Positions 27,549-38,084 of a DNA stretch of 64,000 bases are shown piece by piece. Source of the DNA: an uncultured virus (IMG/VR IMGVR_UViG_3300031787_008284) (taxonomy: Duplodnaviria; Heunggongvirae; Uroviricota; Caudoviricetes); the IMG/VR virus record IMGVR_UViG_3300031787_008284; one strand, 5' to 3'. The position numbers and the translations under genes were made by a program. How positions within the stretch are numbered: position 1 is the stretch's first letter; the number at the start of each line of letters is the position of its first letter. The notes below the pieces were generated by a model, which did no database searches, was not told the origin of the DNA, and was given only the letters and a program-made list of their open reading frames with translations.

Positions 27549-28541
27549 TTATAGAAGTTCAGAAGAGATATCTTGAATAATGAACAGAGATTTGATTCCG
27601 CCGGGAAAGGAAAGCGGAACTGTGACCTCCGCGCCACAAGATTGACATGGGTAAACAAATTCAGGCTTAATACCTATTTTCATTTTTTCCACCAATCTAA
27701 AAATTATTGAATATTTACCAGAATCCCATCCTTGGAATGATGTCATAGCAGAGAAGATTTGCTTTTCATCAAATCCTCGCCATTCTCTTTGCACATAAGG
27801 AAGTATACCAAGAGAAGATTTATCCCACGATTTATTTTCTTCCTCTCTCTTTCTTGCCCAATCAGTAATAGCTCTCATAACACCAATTGTAGGTGGTGCT
27901 AATACTAATTCACCGTGGCTTTTGGTTGGAATAGTGTAGCATTTATTTACAGAATCATAATACTTTTCAATAAGATCATCTACTTCATTAAACTGAAGAT
28001 TGGCTGTTTTTAATTCTACACTATCCTGTGACTTACATGAACCTGAAGTACATTTCTTTTTACCTACTGGCATCATTAATTTAGCTTCACCATTTTTGAA
28101 TGTAAGCTCTCTGATTGAAAGTAAAACATAAATACGGTCTTCTTCAAGAATATCACGATATGATCCTCTTTGGTTACCGTACATAATTTTAGTACAGCCT
28201 ACAAGAATAGAATTTAGTTTTTCATCTACGTCTCTAATGTTTTCTTCATCGATTGTAGAGAAATCTCTAATCTCACCAACTCTTGCAGCTCTAATATGAA
28301 TTTCAAAATCTTCACGATAAAATTTACCAGCAGAAGGAAGATTTCCTAAATCTAACTTCATATAACCGGTTAACTCCTGAATTCTTCTAATCTCAGGATC
28401 GTCTGGTGAAGTAAGTCCCATCCCTTTGGTTGGATCAACTTTACCTAAATTTGTAATTTTACCATCATTAACTACTGTTGCTGGTTGAATGCCTTCTGCT
28501 GCTTCAAACTCTTTTTTGATATTTTCTTCGTGATTACTCAT
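27549..28541 (-). CDS. Baseplate hub/tail assembly chaperone-like protein (gp26-like)
   Basis: LPSAGKFY, DRIYVLLSIRELT, two CxxC-type pairs; lies between tail tube and tape measure. Confidence 0.65.
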   Translation of the reverse strand: MSNHEENIKKEFEAAEGIQPATVVNDGKITNLGKVDPTKGMGLTSPDDPEIRRIQELTGYMKLDLGNLPSAGKFYREDFEIHIRAARVGEIRDFSTIDEENIRDVDEKLNSILVGCTKIMYGNQRGSYRDILEEDRIYVLLSIRELTFKNGEAKLMMPVGKKKCTSGSCKSQDSVELKTANLQFNEVDDLIEKYYDSVNKCYTIPTKSHGELVLAPPTIGVMRAITDWARKREEENKSWDKSSLGILPYVQREWRGFDEKQIFSAMTSFQGWDSGKYSIIFRLVEKMKIGIKPEFVYPCQSCGAEVTVPLSFPGGIKSLFIIQDISSELL

Positions 28542-28542
28542 G

Positions 28543-29013
28543 TTATTTGTTTTTTGTTAATTGTTTTTCTGGTGTAGTTTCTTCTACAATATGTTCAACA
28601 ATAATGTTTCTAACATATCTTGAGATAGGAATTGGCCTAATACCAGATTCCATTGATTTTTGAATGATAATAGTATTTAAGTTATCTTCATCCTCAGGTG
28701 TTAAAAGAACTTGTAATTTTTTTGTCAATTTCTTTTTTTGAGGAATCATTTCCTGTACGCTTTCATTATATCCAAATTTAGGATTGTCAGATTTGAATTT
28801 TTTAATCCAAAATTCAACCCGGTCCATTACAATACCTAAAGATTCTTCTTCATCAAATCTTTCTAACACATCTCTCTTAAAGGATGTTGTGCCAAAATCC
28901 TTTACGGCTCTCTTAATGTATTTTCCGGTACCTAAATTATTAGGATTATCATTAACTGCATATCCCACATAGGTTTTCCCATTGGATATATTTTCTACTT
29001 TAAATATAATCAT
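28543..29013 (-). CDS. Degenerate GIY-YIG domain plus ribbon-helix-helix-like C-terminus
   Basis: IIFKVENISNGKTYVG...FWIKKF...GYN; KKLQVLLTPED...ISRYVRNII. Confidence 0.65.
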   Translation of the reverse strand: MIIFKVENISNGKTYVGYAVNDNPNNLGTGKYIKRAVKDFGTTSFKRDVLERFDEEESLGIVMDRVEFWIKKFKSDNPKFGYNESVQEMIPQKKKLTKKLQVLLTPEDEDNLNTIIIQKSMESGIRPIPISRYVRNIIVEHIVEETTPEKQLTKNK

Positions 29014-29057
29014 GATCTATAGATTATGTATTCTATATTATATATTAGAGATAAGAC

Positions 29058-29085
29058 AAAAAAACTGGCCCTAAGGCCAGTTTTT
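29058..29085. terminator. Bidirectional intrinsic terminator after the tail tube gene
   Basis: AAAAACTGGCC/GGCCAGTTTTT inverted repeat. Confidence 0.85.
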
Positions 29086-29100
29086 GTTAAATGTTTAGAT

Positions 29101-29664
29101 TTAGTTATTTGGAGCTCCAACGTTTTCTTCAACCCAATGGTCACAACGATAAGTCATTGATAACTGGGCAGCATCGGCTGTTCCATAATCAAGTGCATCA
29201 ATAAAATCAGGTGCACCAGTTGGGAAGATGTCCTTACAAGTAATCTTTCTGAAGATATCCCCTGCACGGTTATATTGAACAATGATCATGCTTCCTACAT
29301 AGTCTTTCTTTAATCCCATTTCACCAGTCAATGGATCGTAGATTAATTTATACCAGTTTCTCATGGTATTGTAAATGTAGTTTTCATTTGCATCATTTAG
29401 ATTCAGTGTAAACGCGATAGTAAGATCTACGAAAGTCTGACCAGGCATACCTGCAAAAGAACGATCTGCAAATTTATATTTTTGACCAATTGCATCTACT
29501 GAAGGATTTAATGCATTTAAACCTCCAACAGATATAACATGTTCAAGGATCAAACCAGTATCATCACCATTTGGGGTAAAGAGTGTTACCTCAAATAGGT
29601 TAGGCTGAATAGGTTCGTATCTGTTATTACTTGCCCTTGATTGAGTGTAATGTGGTAATGGCAT
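29101..29664 (-). CDS. Tail tube protein (gp19-like)
   Basis: NLFEV, WYKLIYDPLTGEMGLKKDYVG, IFPT; follows the sheath gene. Confidence 0.85.
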   Translation of the reverse strand: MPLPHYTQSRASNNRYEPIQPNLFEVTLFTPNGDDTGLILEHVISVGGLNALNPSVDAIGQKYKFADRSFAGMPGQTFVDLTIAFTLNLNDANENYIYNTMRNWYKLIYDPLTGEMGLKKDYVGSMIIVQYNRAGDIFRKITCKDIFPTGAPDFIDALDYGTADAAQLSMTYRCDHWVEENVGAPNN

Positions 29665-29704
29665 AGTTTAACTTATTTTTTTATTTATTCTTTCTTTATT
29701 TCTT

Positions 29705-32700
29705 TTATTGGAAGTTTCCTGAACTAATTGCTCCAGTTCTTAAAATAGTGGTTCTTTGAACCAAAATTTCCATTCCTCTTACTGGTTCAATATAAGTATC
29801 TAGGATACCAACATTTTGATCAATAACTTCCGGCGTATTATTAGTTTCATCCATTACGTTTCTGAAGTCATATACACCATCATCGTTTTGGACCGTTGAT
29901 AAGAAGTTATCAGCAAGAGTTTTAATTTCCAATCTTGTTTGAGCAGTATTGAACTCAAATAAGTAATTCTTAAGAATTGCCTCAATACCATCCTGGATGT
30001 AAATAACAACCTCTCTCACATTAATTGAACTTAATGCAGATTTAGGAGTTTGTTGAGCAGTTTTATTTGCAAAGATAGTTGGACCAGTTCCACTTTGGAA
30101 AATGATTGGATTCAATCCAAATGGTTCTAAGTATTCTCTATCTGATAGGTCAAGATTAATTTCTAATCCTACCACACCAGTTCCACCTACAACACCTCTA
30201 CGAACACCTGCAACCAAAGACCAAGGTAATGCATTTTCATACTTTGCAATAAAGTTATTTGATACATAAGCAGCAGGAGGAACGTTAATGTTCTTTCCTA
30301 AATCCCTTACAGTAATAAAAGGATAATAGAATCCACCCCAGCTTCCACCTTGAGTAGATGCAGGCAATGAGTATCTAACTGTTGGGTTCTTAGAAAGATC
30401 ACCACCTGTAGAAATAAATCTAGATGATAAGGCTCCAGTTGCATCCACGAATGAAGGGTCTACGTTAGCCTTAAAGTCTTTTGCAGAAGGTGCATTAATA
30501 ATTGCAAATGCATTCTTTCTAGTTTGACATAAGTTAGTATAGATTGACTTAGATCCACTTTCAATACCGTTTCCAAAAGTATCAATTAAGTAACGGAAGT
30601 TAATAGTTTCTCTATCAGTTAATGCTTTAAATAAATTTGTTCCACTTAATGTTCCATTAAGAATAGCATTCTGACGATCATTGGTTCCGTTAGGTACGTG
30701 TTTATTAACATCCAATACAAATCCGTCAAGAGTAAAGATGTTTAGGTAATCAACCCAAGTATCAATTGGGTAATAAAGTTCAACCTTCTTAATAGAATTT
30801 ACAGTAGTAACGTTAATTTCAGATTGACATGTCACAAGTAATGCAGTAGTTCCTACTGGGATAGTAGGGAATTCATTATTCGTTTTACCACCTTGAACTT
30901 GATTAATTCTAGTTAATCTAGAGTGAGGTACTGAAACATTACCTTCAAAATGTAAAAGATAATTTCCTACAACCACAGTAGAAGCATCAGGGTTAGTTGA
31001 TGCAATAAGTACCTGGTTAGGTTTAAGAAGTGGTTCAGTTGAAGAATCTGATATAATATCGATTGAACGATTAAGAGATCCTTTAAGTGTTTGGATATCT
31101 AACGTGTTTAATCCAACAGAGCCTCCGTTTGAATTTAAGAAGTATCCTGTACCGCTATCCATATTAAACTGAGATCTTGGAGTAACGTTTACAAAAGTAT
31201 CTTGTTGATAAGGAGTTATTCTAACACCTGGTATGTAATATGCAGGGTCAGAGATTGCAAACTTAGTACTTACAGTAGCAGGTACACCAGTATGAATAAA
31301 TCCGTAACTAGTAGCATTAAATACTAGGTAAGATGTATATTCATTACCAGAGATTTCCCATACTGCTTCATCACCATCAGTAAGAGTTCCGTTAGAGAAT
31401 GAACTGTAAAGAGCACTTCCGTAAGAACCAATGATATTAGCATTAGTATTTGAAGTTTCAAATTCATGAACGGTAAAACCTAAGTCTTCTTCATTTACAT
31501 AAGTATATGTAGTTCCTAATGATGTTGGAAAATCACCAGATACAATTCCACCTACTCCTGATAAAACAACAGTAACAACGGTATTGGTAACATTCACAGA
31601 AAGTACAGGAACATACTTATTGCTAATTGCACCTTTAATGTAAGAACCTACTGTTGTAGGAGAGTTAGCAGACATACTTGCGAATGCATCATATAAAGGA
31701 TTACCCGCAGATCCAATTACTGAGATCTGAATATTTCCTCCTGTTAAAGTATTAACAGATACTATGTCACCTGTTGCAATAGTTGCTAGGTTTACACCTT
31801 GTGCAGCTCTTGCATAAGGAAGGTCAGCCACAATTGCTTCGCTATATGAAAGGAAATTAACATCATCCTGAATACCAGTAGCCTGAGTATATTCGATGTT
31901 ATGTCCAATTAGGTCAATACCACCTTTTACACCATCGATTAGAAAATCTCCACTGAAGAGATCTTCATTCACAGCGCAGAATAATCCGGTTGTAGCAGTA
32001 TCAGCATTGATTAATTTCTCAATGAATAAGTTATTACCAAGTAAATCTACAAAATCAGGAATTAAACATGCAGTGTAAGTTGCAATTAGGTTTACTTCTG
32101 ATTCATTAAAGAATTCTTGTAATTTAGTATCGGTTGTGTCAGATGCAAATTTCTTTCTCTCAATACCTTTAGTTGGATTAAAATATTGTTGGAATGTAGG
32201 ATCGGCAGTAAATCTGTCATAAGGTGTAGCAGAACCGAAGTTTCCACCAAAGTTACCTTCAATGACAAATACATCTACCATAAAGTCAGAGATTAAACTG
32301 TCTTTATCTAAGAAACCAGGAACATTTGCAGTTCCGTACCATTCTTCAACAGTAACATTAAAGCTTGCAACATTATCGTTTGCAGCTTTTCTAACAATTA
32401 TTGATATTGGATTTTGACCTAAGTTAACAAAATCTAAAAGATCATTAGTAGTTAGAGAGCTTAATACATTTCTGTTTGCTCCAACGTTATCTAGGAATGC
32501 ATCACTATCAGGGAAAAAGAATTTATCCCTGTTGTAAAATTTTTGATATTCTCCAGAAGCACCTGCATTATTTTGAGCTTCCGGTGTAGCAGCAGTACCT
32601 AACTTAATGTAGTCTACATCGTCGTTTGAGTCTAATGCTAAAAGGTTAAGGGCTAAAATTGGTCCTCTTTCTAATGCAGCTAAGCAGCTTCTATGAAAGT

Positions 32701-32920
32701 ATGAATCCTTTCTTTCGAGGTTTCTGTCAATATCTCCAAATACTTGCTTAAAAAATGCAGTATCCGGTACAAAAACTGGGGTATTAAAAGGACCTTTCTT
32801 AGAAAAACCAACAATTAATCTTGTTTGGTTTGCAGGAATGCTAACAACTTGACTCTTATCAAATTCGAAGCGGTATGTACCTGCGGCTTTAAGAGAAGCG
32901 ATTCTTGGATCTAGTGCCAT
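29705..32920 (-). CDS. Contractile tail sheath protein (gp18-like)
   Basis: GFSKKGPFNTPV; C-terminal AGVRRG, LNPI, INVRE, FEFNT, DETNNTPEVIDQN. Confidence 0.93.
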   Translation of the reverse strand: MALDPRIASLKAAGTYRFEFDKSQVVSIPANQTRLIVGFSKKGPFNTPVFVPDTAFFKQVFGDIDRNLERKDSYFHRSCLAALERGPILALNLLALDSNDDVDYIKLGTAATPEAQNNAGASGEYQKFYNRDKFFFPDSDAFLDNVGANRNVLSSLTTNDLLDFVNLGQNPISIIVRKAANDNVASFNVTVEEWYGTANVPGFLDKDSLISDFMVDVFVIEGNFGGNFGSATPYDRFTADPTFQQYFNPTKGIERKKFASDTTDTKLQEFFNESEVNLIATYTACLIPDFVDLLGNNLFIEKLINADTATTGLFCAVNEDLFSGDFLIDGVKGGIDLIGHNIEYTQATGIQDDVNFLSYSEAIVADLPYARAAQGVNLATIATGDIVSVNTLTGGNIQISVIGSAGNPLYDAFASMSANSPTTVGSYIKGAISNKYVPVLSVNVTNTVVTVVLSGVGGIVSGDFPTSLGTTYTYVNEEDLGFTVHEFETSNTNANIIGSYGSALYSSFSNGTLTDGDEAVWEISGNEYTSYLVFNATSYGFIHTGVPATVSTKFAISDPAYYIPGVRITPYQQDTFVNVTPRSQFNMDSGTGYFLNSNGGSVGLNTLDIQTLKGSLNRSIDIISDSSTEPLLKPNQVLIASTNPDASTVVVGNYLLHFEGNVSVPHSRLTRINQVQGGKTNNEFPTIPVGTTALLVTCQSEINVTTVNSIKKVELYYPIDTWVDYLNIFTLDGFVLDVNKHVPNGTNDRQNAILNGTLSGTNLFKALTDRETINFRYLIDTFGNGIESGSKSIYTNLCQTRKNAFAIINAPSAKDFKANVDPSFVDATGALSSRFISTGGDLSKNPTVRYSLPASTQGGSWGGFYYPFITVRDLGKNINVPPAAYVSNNFIAKYENALPWSLVAGVRRGVVGGTGVVGLEINLDLSDREYLEPFGLNPIIFQSGTGPTIFANKTAQQTPKSALSSINVREVVIYIQDGIEAILKNYLFEFNTAQTRLEIKTLADNFLSTVQNDDGVYDFRNVMDETNNTPEVIDQNVGILDTYIEPVRGMEILVQRTTILRTGAISSGNFQ

Positions 32921-32976
32921 CTTGTATTATATTTTTTTTATTGCTTTTTTTATATATCCACGGCATAGCCACTTTT

Positions 32977-34794
32977 CTACACAAGATCATAAATATCGTA
33001 ATTGAGATTTCCTCCCTTAGAATCCTTTTCTAAGATCTCATCAATCTTAGTTTGTAGAGATTCTTCTACGGTATCATAAATCTCTTCAACAAAGTCGGAA
33101 AAGTCTAAAGTAAAGAAAAATTCTGAACTATTTATGCTGGTCATTATAAGATCGTCATGACCTAATTGTCCTGCATATGTTCCATTAGGCATCTTTCCAA
33201 ACGTAGAGGCTTCATACACAGTTTTCTTATCTTTAATTACAATTCTATTCTGGGTTATATATTTCTTAAAGTTTTGACAAAAGATAGGTTTATTATCTTT
33301 TTTGATTTTAAGACCAAAGTTTTTAGTTCTTGCATCAATACGATGTTTAAACTTAACAACCATTTCTTCATCAAATTCATTTCTCTGTGGAAAGACAGTT
33401 TCCAGTCTCTTAATTAATTCACCGCCAAACATATTCCACTCGATTATTAGTTTTACGTTTTCTGAATGAAACATATCAAATGATAAAATATAAACAGCTT
33501 TTGCAAATTCTTCTATAGTATGTTCATTACTTCTAAATCTTCCTATTTGTCTAAGTCTAAAAAAGTCTACAAACGACCCAGGCGAGGTTATCTTTTTCCA
33601 GTCCTGCTCATCCATGATTTCAATCTTAAAGATATTTATAATTGAATAGTCACCACCATTTCCTTCTGCAATATCAATTGAAAAGACCCAATAATTTGTA
33701 TCTTCTTCAATTTCATCAAGATTAAAATCAGGATCCCATAATAAGCCTGCATACTCAATGTTCTCATCCTCAAATTCAGGAATCTCTTTATGAATAAATT
33801 CTTTTTGGTTTTGTTGAAGCTTTTTAAGACTATCTGCGCCTAATAAGAGAGAAGAACTTGCTATAAACTGATTTCCGTATTGTCTATTAAAAGCCTCCTC
33901 TGAACCAAGGTTAGCAACTTCTTGCCTCATCCATGCCTCGTCTCTACCAGGAACATCCCACCAGTCAACCCTAAACGGTGAATATTCATTTAATCCTTTT
34001 TCTGCAGATGAGTAAATATCATAAAACTTATTAAATCCGTTCGGTGTACTTGTAATAATTACCTTTGAATTTGAAGAAGCAGATACAGTAGGATAAACGT
34101 TTTCATAAAATGTTTCCACGAAGTTCTGTGGGATGTGAGCGAACTCATCCATAAACAGTAAGTGAATTGTAAAACCAATTGCGGCTTTCTTTGTAGTGGT
34201 TTGACCAATAATACGACAGCCATTATCAAACTTGGAATTAAATACATCCCATTTAATAACACCAGGCTTTAAGAAAAACGGTAAGTGTTCAAGAATCGTT
34301 TTTCCTTTATCAATAATTTCACGAGTGGTAGCCCCTTTGTTTGAAAGTACAAGAGAATTCTTATCAAAATTAAATAAAGAGTACCATGCAATAAAAATTG
34401 ATGAGCAAATTGTTTTACCAATCTGACGAGATGCTAAACAACAATTAAATCTTTCCTTTTGAAATTGTCTTAACATCTCTTCCTGATATCCTCTTAACTT
34501 AATTGTCTGAAGACCATGATCGGTCATTACGGTACAATAAGTATTTGCAAAATAAACAATATCAGTTGCGCATTTCTTTATTTCTCTAATCTCATGCGGT
34601 GTATAATTAAAAACTATGTTTCCCTTCCTAAGATTAGAATTACCTTCATAGAAAGGAGTTGCTTTAGGTTTATACCCTTCCTCTAATGCAAGCATAAGTT
34701 GTTCAACCTTTTCTGATGTCCATGAAAAGGATTCTTCTGCAGCGCCAATCTTAAACTCAAATCCTGCGCTTTCTGCTCTAGGTTTCTGTGCCAT
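32977..34794 (-). CDS. Terminase large subunit (gp17-like)
   Basis: SRQIGKT, FMDEFAH, ITSTPNGFNKFY, DIAEGNGGDYS, GHDDLIM. Confidence 0.95.
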   Translation of the reverse strand: MAQKPRAESAGFEFKIGAAEESFSWTSEKVEQLMLALEEGYKPKATPFYEGNSNLRKGNIVFNYTPHEIREIKKCATDIVYFANTYCTVMTDHGLQTIKLRGYQEEMLRQFQKERFNCCLASRQIGKTICSSIFIAWYSLFNFDKNSLVLSNKGATTREIIDKGKTILEHLPFFLKPGVIKWDVFNSKFDNGCRIIGQTTTKKAAIGFTIHLLFMDEFAHIPQNFVETFYENVYPTVSASSNSKVIITSTPNGFNKFYDIYSSAEKGLNEYSPFRVDWWDVPGRDEAWMRQEVANLGSEEAFNRQYGNQFIASSSLLLGADSLKKLQQNQKEFIHKEIPEFEDENIEYAGLLWDPDFNLDEIEEDTNYWVFSIDIAEGNGGDYSIINIFKIEIMDEQDWKKITSPGSFVDFFRLRQIGRFRSNEHTIEEFAKAVYILSFDMFHSENVKLIIEWNMFGGELIKRLETVFPQRNEFDEEMVVKFKHRIDARTKNFGLKIKKDNKPIFCQNFKKYITQNRIVIKDKKTVYEASTFGKMPNGTYAGQLGHDDLIMTSINSSEFFFTLDFSDFVEEIYDTVEESLQTKIDEILEKDSKGGNLNYDIYDLV

Positions 34795-35050
34795 CTTCTT
34801 CTATTATAGCTAAGATATGATTTTCATGTAGAGCTTCGTATTCTTCTCCGTCTATATTAAAAATCGTACCCTTACCAATTGTTTTTATGATTGTATGCCC
34901 ATCTCTAACATCTTCGGATGAGGACTTAATTACAATACATTTACGATTATACTTTTCGGTTGGAAGTATAATTCCACCTTCGGTTACTTTTTCTTCTATG
35001 ATCTCTTTTGTAAGAACATAGTTATTCTTCAGTTTGATCTGCATCGACAT
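34778..35050 (-). CDS. GroES-like co-chaperonin
   Basis: EEKVTEGGIILP, IDGEEYEALHENHILAII. Confidence 0.85.
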   Translation of the reverse strand: MSMQIKLKNNYVLTKEIIEEKVTEGGIILPTEKYNRKCIVIKSSSEDVRDGHTIIKTIGKGTIFNIDGEEYEALHENHILAIIEEDGTET

Positions 35051-35639
35051 CTTGTATATCTTCTTCGTTAATACTATCTTGTAAGGCTCTCATAAGATCC
35101 TTAGTTCCTCTTGCCTTAACACCAGTGTTACCGGATTTCTTTTGAGCAGTATCAGTATTAGCACCCCCATGATAAACATCAATATCCCTGGAAAGCTTTT
35201 TAGCATTCTCTTCAATTGCAACCATATACATGGTTTGACTTTTAATGATATCTAAAAGTGTTCTCTGTAGGTCGCTAAGTACTTCAAACATTCTAGGCGA
35301 AACGTCACCTTCATTAATAGTATCCATTAATGTTGAAATTGCAGTTTCACTATTTTGCATTTGGCGAATAAGCATACCTAATGCATATTCATCTAGCTCT
35401 GCTTTAACCTTAATGTATTCATGCTCCTCAATAATCTCTTCACTTAAATAGAACTTAAGAAGATTATTCATAACCCGCTGGGCCTTATTCTTTGCGGTTT
35501 GTAATGCAACAGCTTGTGTTCCTTCTGCTCTAACCTTTGGTAATTGTGGGGTATCTTCTAAACCAGGTACCTCATCAGGTAAATCATTTAATAAGTCTCC
35601 AAGGCTATCTCTAAATTTATGTTTAGAATCTTCTTTCAT
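35022..35639 (-). CDS. Probable terminase small subunit (gp16-like)
   Basis: SPRMFEVLSDLQRTLLD and GTKDLMRAL; near the large terminase. Confidence 0.6.
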   Translation of the reverse strand: MKEDSKHKFRDSLGDLLNDLPDEVPGLEDTPQLPKVRAEGTQAVALQTAKNKAQRVMNNLLKFYLSEEIIEEHEYIKVKAELDEYALGMLIRQMQNSETAISTLMDTINEGDVSPRMFEVLSDLQRTLLDIIKSQTMYMVAIEENAKKLSRDIDVYHGGANTDTAQKKSGNTGVKARGTKDLMRALQDSINEEDIQDVDADQTEE

Positions 35640-35669
35640 TAATCCTTAATTTAGATTATATATTCTAGC

Positions 35670-37628
35670 TTATCTAGGATTGGTTTCTTTCTGTAGTAAT
35701 AGTTGTGGTGCAGCATTATCCAGTAGTAAAGTTAAATGAGTATCTTTTACTACATATTGTGATAATATCAATTCCTGTAATTCTTCTTCAATAGGTTTAC
35801 TCCAAATACGAAGGTTAGTTAGGTCTGTTTTACACCCTAATAGTTTCCATGAATTAAAATCTGGTATTTCAATCGGTGTATACAATTTGGTCTCAGAAAA
35901 TATCTTTGTTAATTGAGCGCTATTTTTTGGATTAATTGCACCTGTTTTATCAAGAGTTTCATATCCAAACAGGCTTAATTGTTTTGCAATAGAATTAAGA
36001 TTAATTACGAATGCATACCAATTATTCTCAATAAGAGATAGACCTTGTGATTGTAAATTATACTTAAAATAGTTACCATCCAACTTTACTATAAACCAAT
36101 TTGGTGTGTATGTGAATTCTACAAGTTGAGCAGGTGGTAAAAGAGACGTTTCATAAACCATAAAGGTATTACTTGCCTCTCTGTTAAATCTAGGAGTACC
36201 TTGGAATGTATTATCAATATAGTCTACATCAATATTAATACTAGTAGATCCTATTGCGGTTATTTTATGAATACCGTTATATGATGCGGTACCAGCAACC
36301 TTAACCCAATTTCCAACAGAGAGGGTTTGTGACAGGGTAGGTAAACCTGAAGTATTAAGTTTTACCTTTCCTCCGCTATTAGTTATGCCTGTGATTGCCA
36401 CATTTATCCCAATAGGATTTGTGTATTTTGGTCTTACCCAAAAAGTAAATGCTCTATCATCGGTTTCTTTCCATCCTTTATTATATCTGTACTCAACACC
36501 TTCTATGCCTGTTTCCATTGAGGACAACTGATAGTGATATTTGGAAATAATAGTCCAGTTATTATAAACATTCTCCTCTTTAATTAAAAGTCTCTTATCA
36601 AGTATTCTTCTAACATAATCATTTGATAAAGTACCTATAGTGTTATATTGATTAGGCTTTCTTACATCATCGTATTCTTTATTAGCCTCTTCACCAAACT
36701 TAGATTCAAGGTCACTTACCAATGCATTCTTTTCAGCTTCAATGTTTTTATTAGGATAGAGAACAGCCGTTCTTTGTTGATAAGGTACAAGACTTACTCT
36801 CCAATATGATCCGGTATATAAAAAGTCATCCGCTTCAGTAACAGCATCAACTTCATACATTCTGTTCATATATTGTTCAAAATACAAATAGTCTCTCATC
36901 TGTGGTCTTGCACCAACACCAAATACTTGTTCAAATGCTGATTTAACAATATGCACCTCAAACTGTACAGGAAAATCCATCATAAGAGGATTATACTGAA
37001 TGTCCCTTGTTGGTAATTGGTTATCAGGAAACATTATCTTAACTTCTGCAGTTGAGATAACATTAAATAAAGAATATTCTTTTAGGATAACATCTTTACT
37101 TCTTTGATCTGCAGCAGTCTTAAAGTACTTAACACAAAAACCAAATAAATTTGATGCAACAGCAGAAAGTTGGTTATACATCTGTGATGCCCTGGACAAA
37201 TCATACGGGTTCCAGGATGAACCACAGCAATCAATAACAAGGTTTTGCGCACCTGATAATGAACCGCTATCACAACAATTAATTTGTGGAATTTTACAAA
37301 TCATTCCACCATCTGTAACTATTTCGAGTGATATAGACTTAAATTCTAGTGTGCCATCGCCCACCTGTTCATACTTATACTGCACCCAAAATGGATTAAT
37401 CGGATTGAGTAACAAACCGTCTAGATTCGCATTAGTTAATGAGATCCAATCAGAATAGGTAACTCCATCAATACCCCATCTAAAAGATTTACTAAAATAA
37501 ACTGATGTAGATTCACCTTCGGTTTGATCACTATAACTTAATACCTCAACAACATTCTTGTAAGGCTCTTGAAGACTTATTAAAATAGCATCGCCATTTT
37601 CATTTGTTGTTGTTCCTATAACGGCCAT
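35670..37628 (-). CDS. Virion structural protein with gp14-like neck domain
   Basis: FEVHIVKSAFEQVFG...RPQMRDYLYF...NRMYEV. Confidence 0.6.
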   Translation of the reverse strand: MAVIGTTTNENGDAILISLQEPYKNVVEVLSYSDQTEGESTSVYFSKSFRWGIDGVTYSDWISLTNANLDGLLLNPINPFWVQYKYEQVGDGTLEFKSISLEIVTDGGMICKIPQINCCDSGSLSGAQNLVIDCCGSSWNPYDLSRASQMYNQLSAVASNLFGFCVKYFKTAADQRSKDVILKEYSLFNVISTAEVKIMFPDNQLPTRDIQYNPLMMDFPVQFEVHIVKSAFEQVFGVGARPQMRDYLYFEQYMNRMYEVDAVTEADDFLYTGSYWRVSLVPYQQRTAVLYPNKNIEAEKNALVSDLESKFGEEANKEYDDVRKPNQYNTIGTLSNDYVRRILDKRLLIKEENVYNNWTIISKYHYQLSSMETGIEGVEYRYNKGWKETDDRAFTFWVRPKYTNPIGINVAITGITNSGGKVKLNTSGLPTLSQTLSVGNWVKVAGTASYNGIHKITAIGSTSINIDVDYIDNTFQGTPRFNREASNTFMVYETSLLPPAQLVEFTYTPNWFIVKLDGNYFKYNLQSQGLSLIENNWYAFVINLNSIAKQLSLFGYETLDKTGAINPKNSAQLTKIFSETKLYTPIEIPDFNSWKLLGCKTDLTNLRIWSKPIEEELQELILSQYVVKDTHLTLLLDNAAPQLLLQKETNPR

Positions 37629-37631
37629 GTA

Positions 37632-38060
37632 TTAAGAATTTATTTGTTGTTCTATTTCTTCAACTTCAACCACTTCCTTTTTGAAAGTTTCACCTAAAAT
37701 ATATGAACCTACAAACGGTGTTAATGCTGCAAAATATGCGCTTACTCCAATAAGATCTGAACCATTTACGATTACCCATAAACCTACGGCTAGCCATAAT
37801 CCAATTGTAATGTACATCATTACTTCTCTTCTACTGTTAGGGCCTGGCAAAAATATTGAAGAATTTTTACTTCTACGAACGCTTTCACCAAATATATATG
37901 AAGCAACGAAACCTGTTAAAGAAACAAAATATGCAGCCAAAGCAGTAAAATCGGTTTCAAAATATGTTGCAGTAATACCTACAGCTAACCATAAAAGTAC
38001 CACAAGATATGTTACGCATTCACGCTTAGATTCGCAACATCTCCTTAAAAAACTTTTCAT
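37632..38060 (-). CDS. Membrane protein with internal duplication, holin candidate
   Basis: Two copies of S.RE...Y....LWLAVG...AYF..LT.FV.SYI.GE. Confidence 0.6.
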   Translation of the reverse strand: MKSFLRRCCESKRECVTYLVVLLWLAVGITATYFETDFTALAAYFVSLTGFVASYIFGESVRRSKNSSIFLPGPNSRREVMMYITIGLWLAVGLWVIVNGSDLIGVSAYFAALTPFVGSYILGETFKKEVVEVEEIEQQINS

Positions 38061-38084
38061 AAGACCTTTTTGTTTATATATTCC

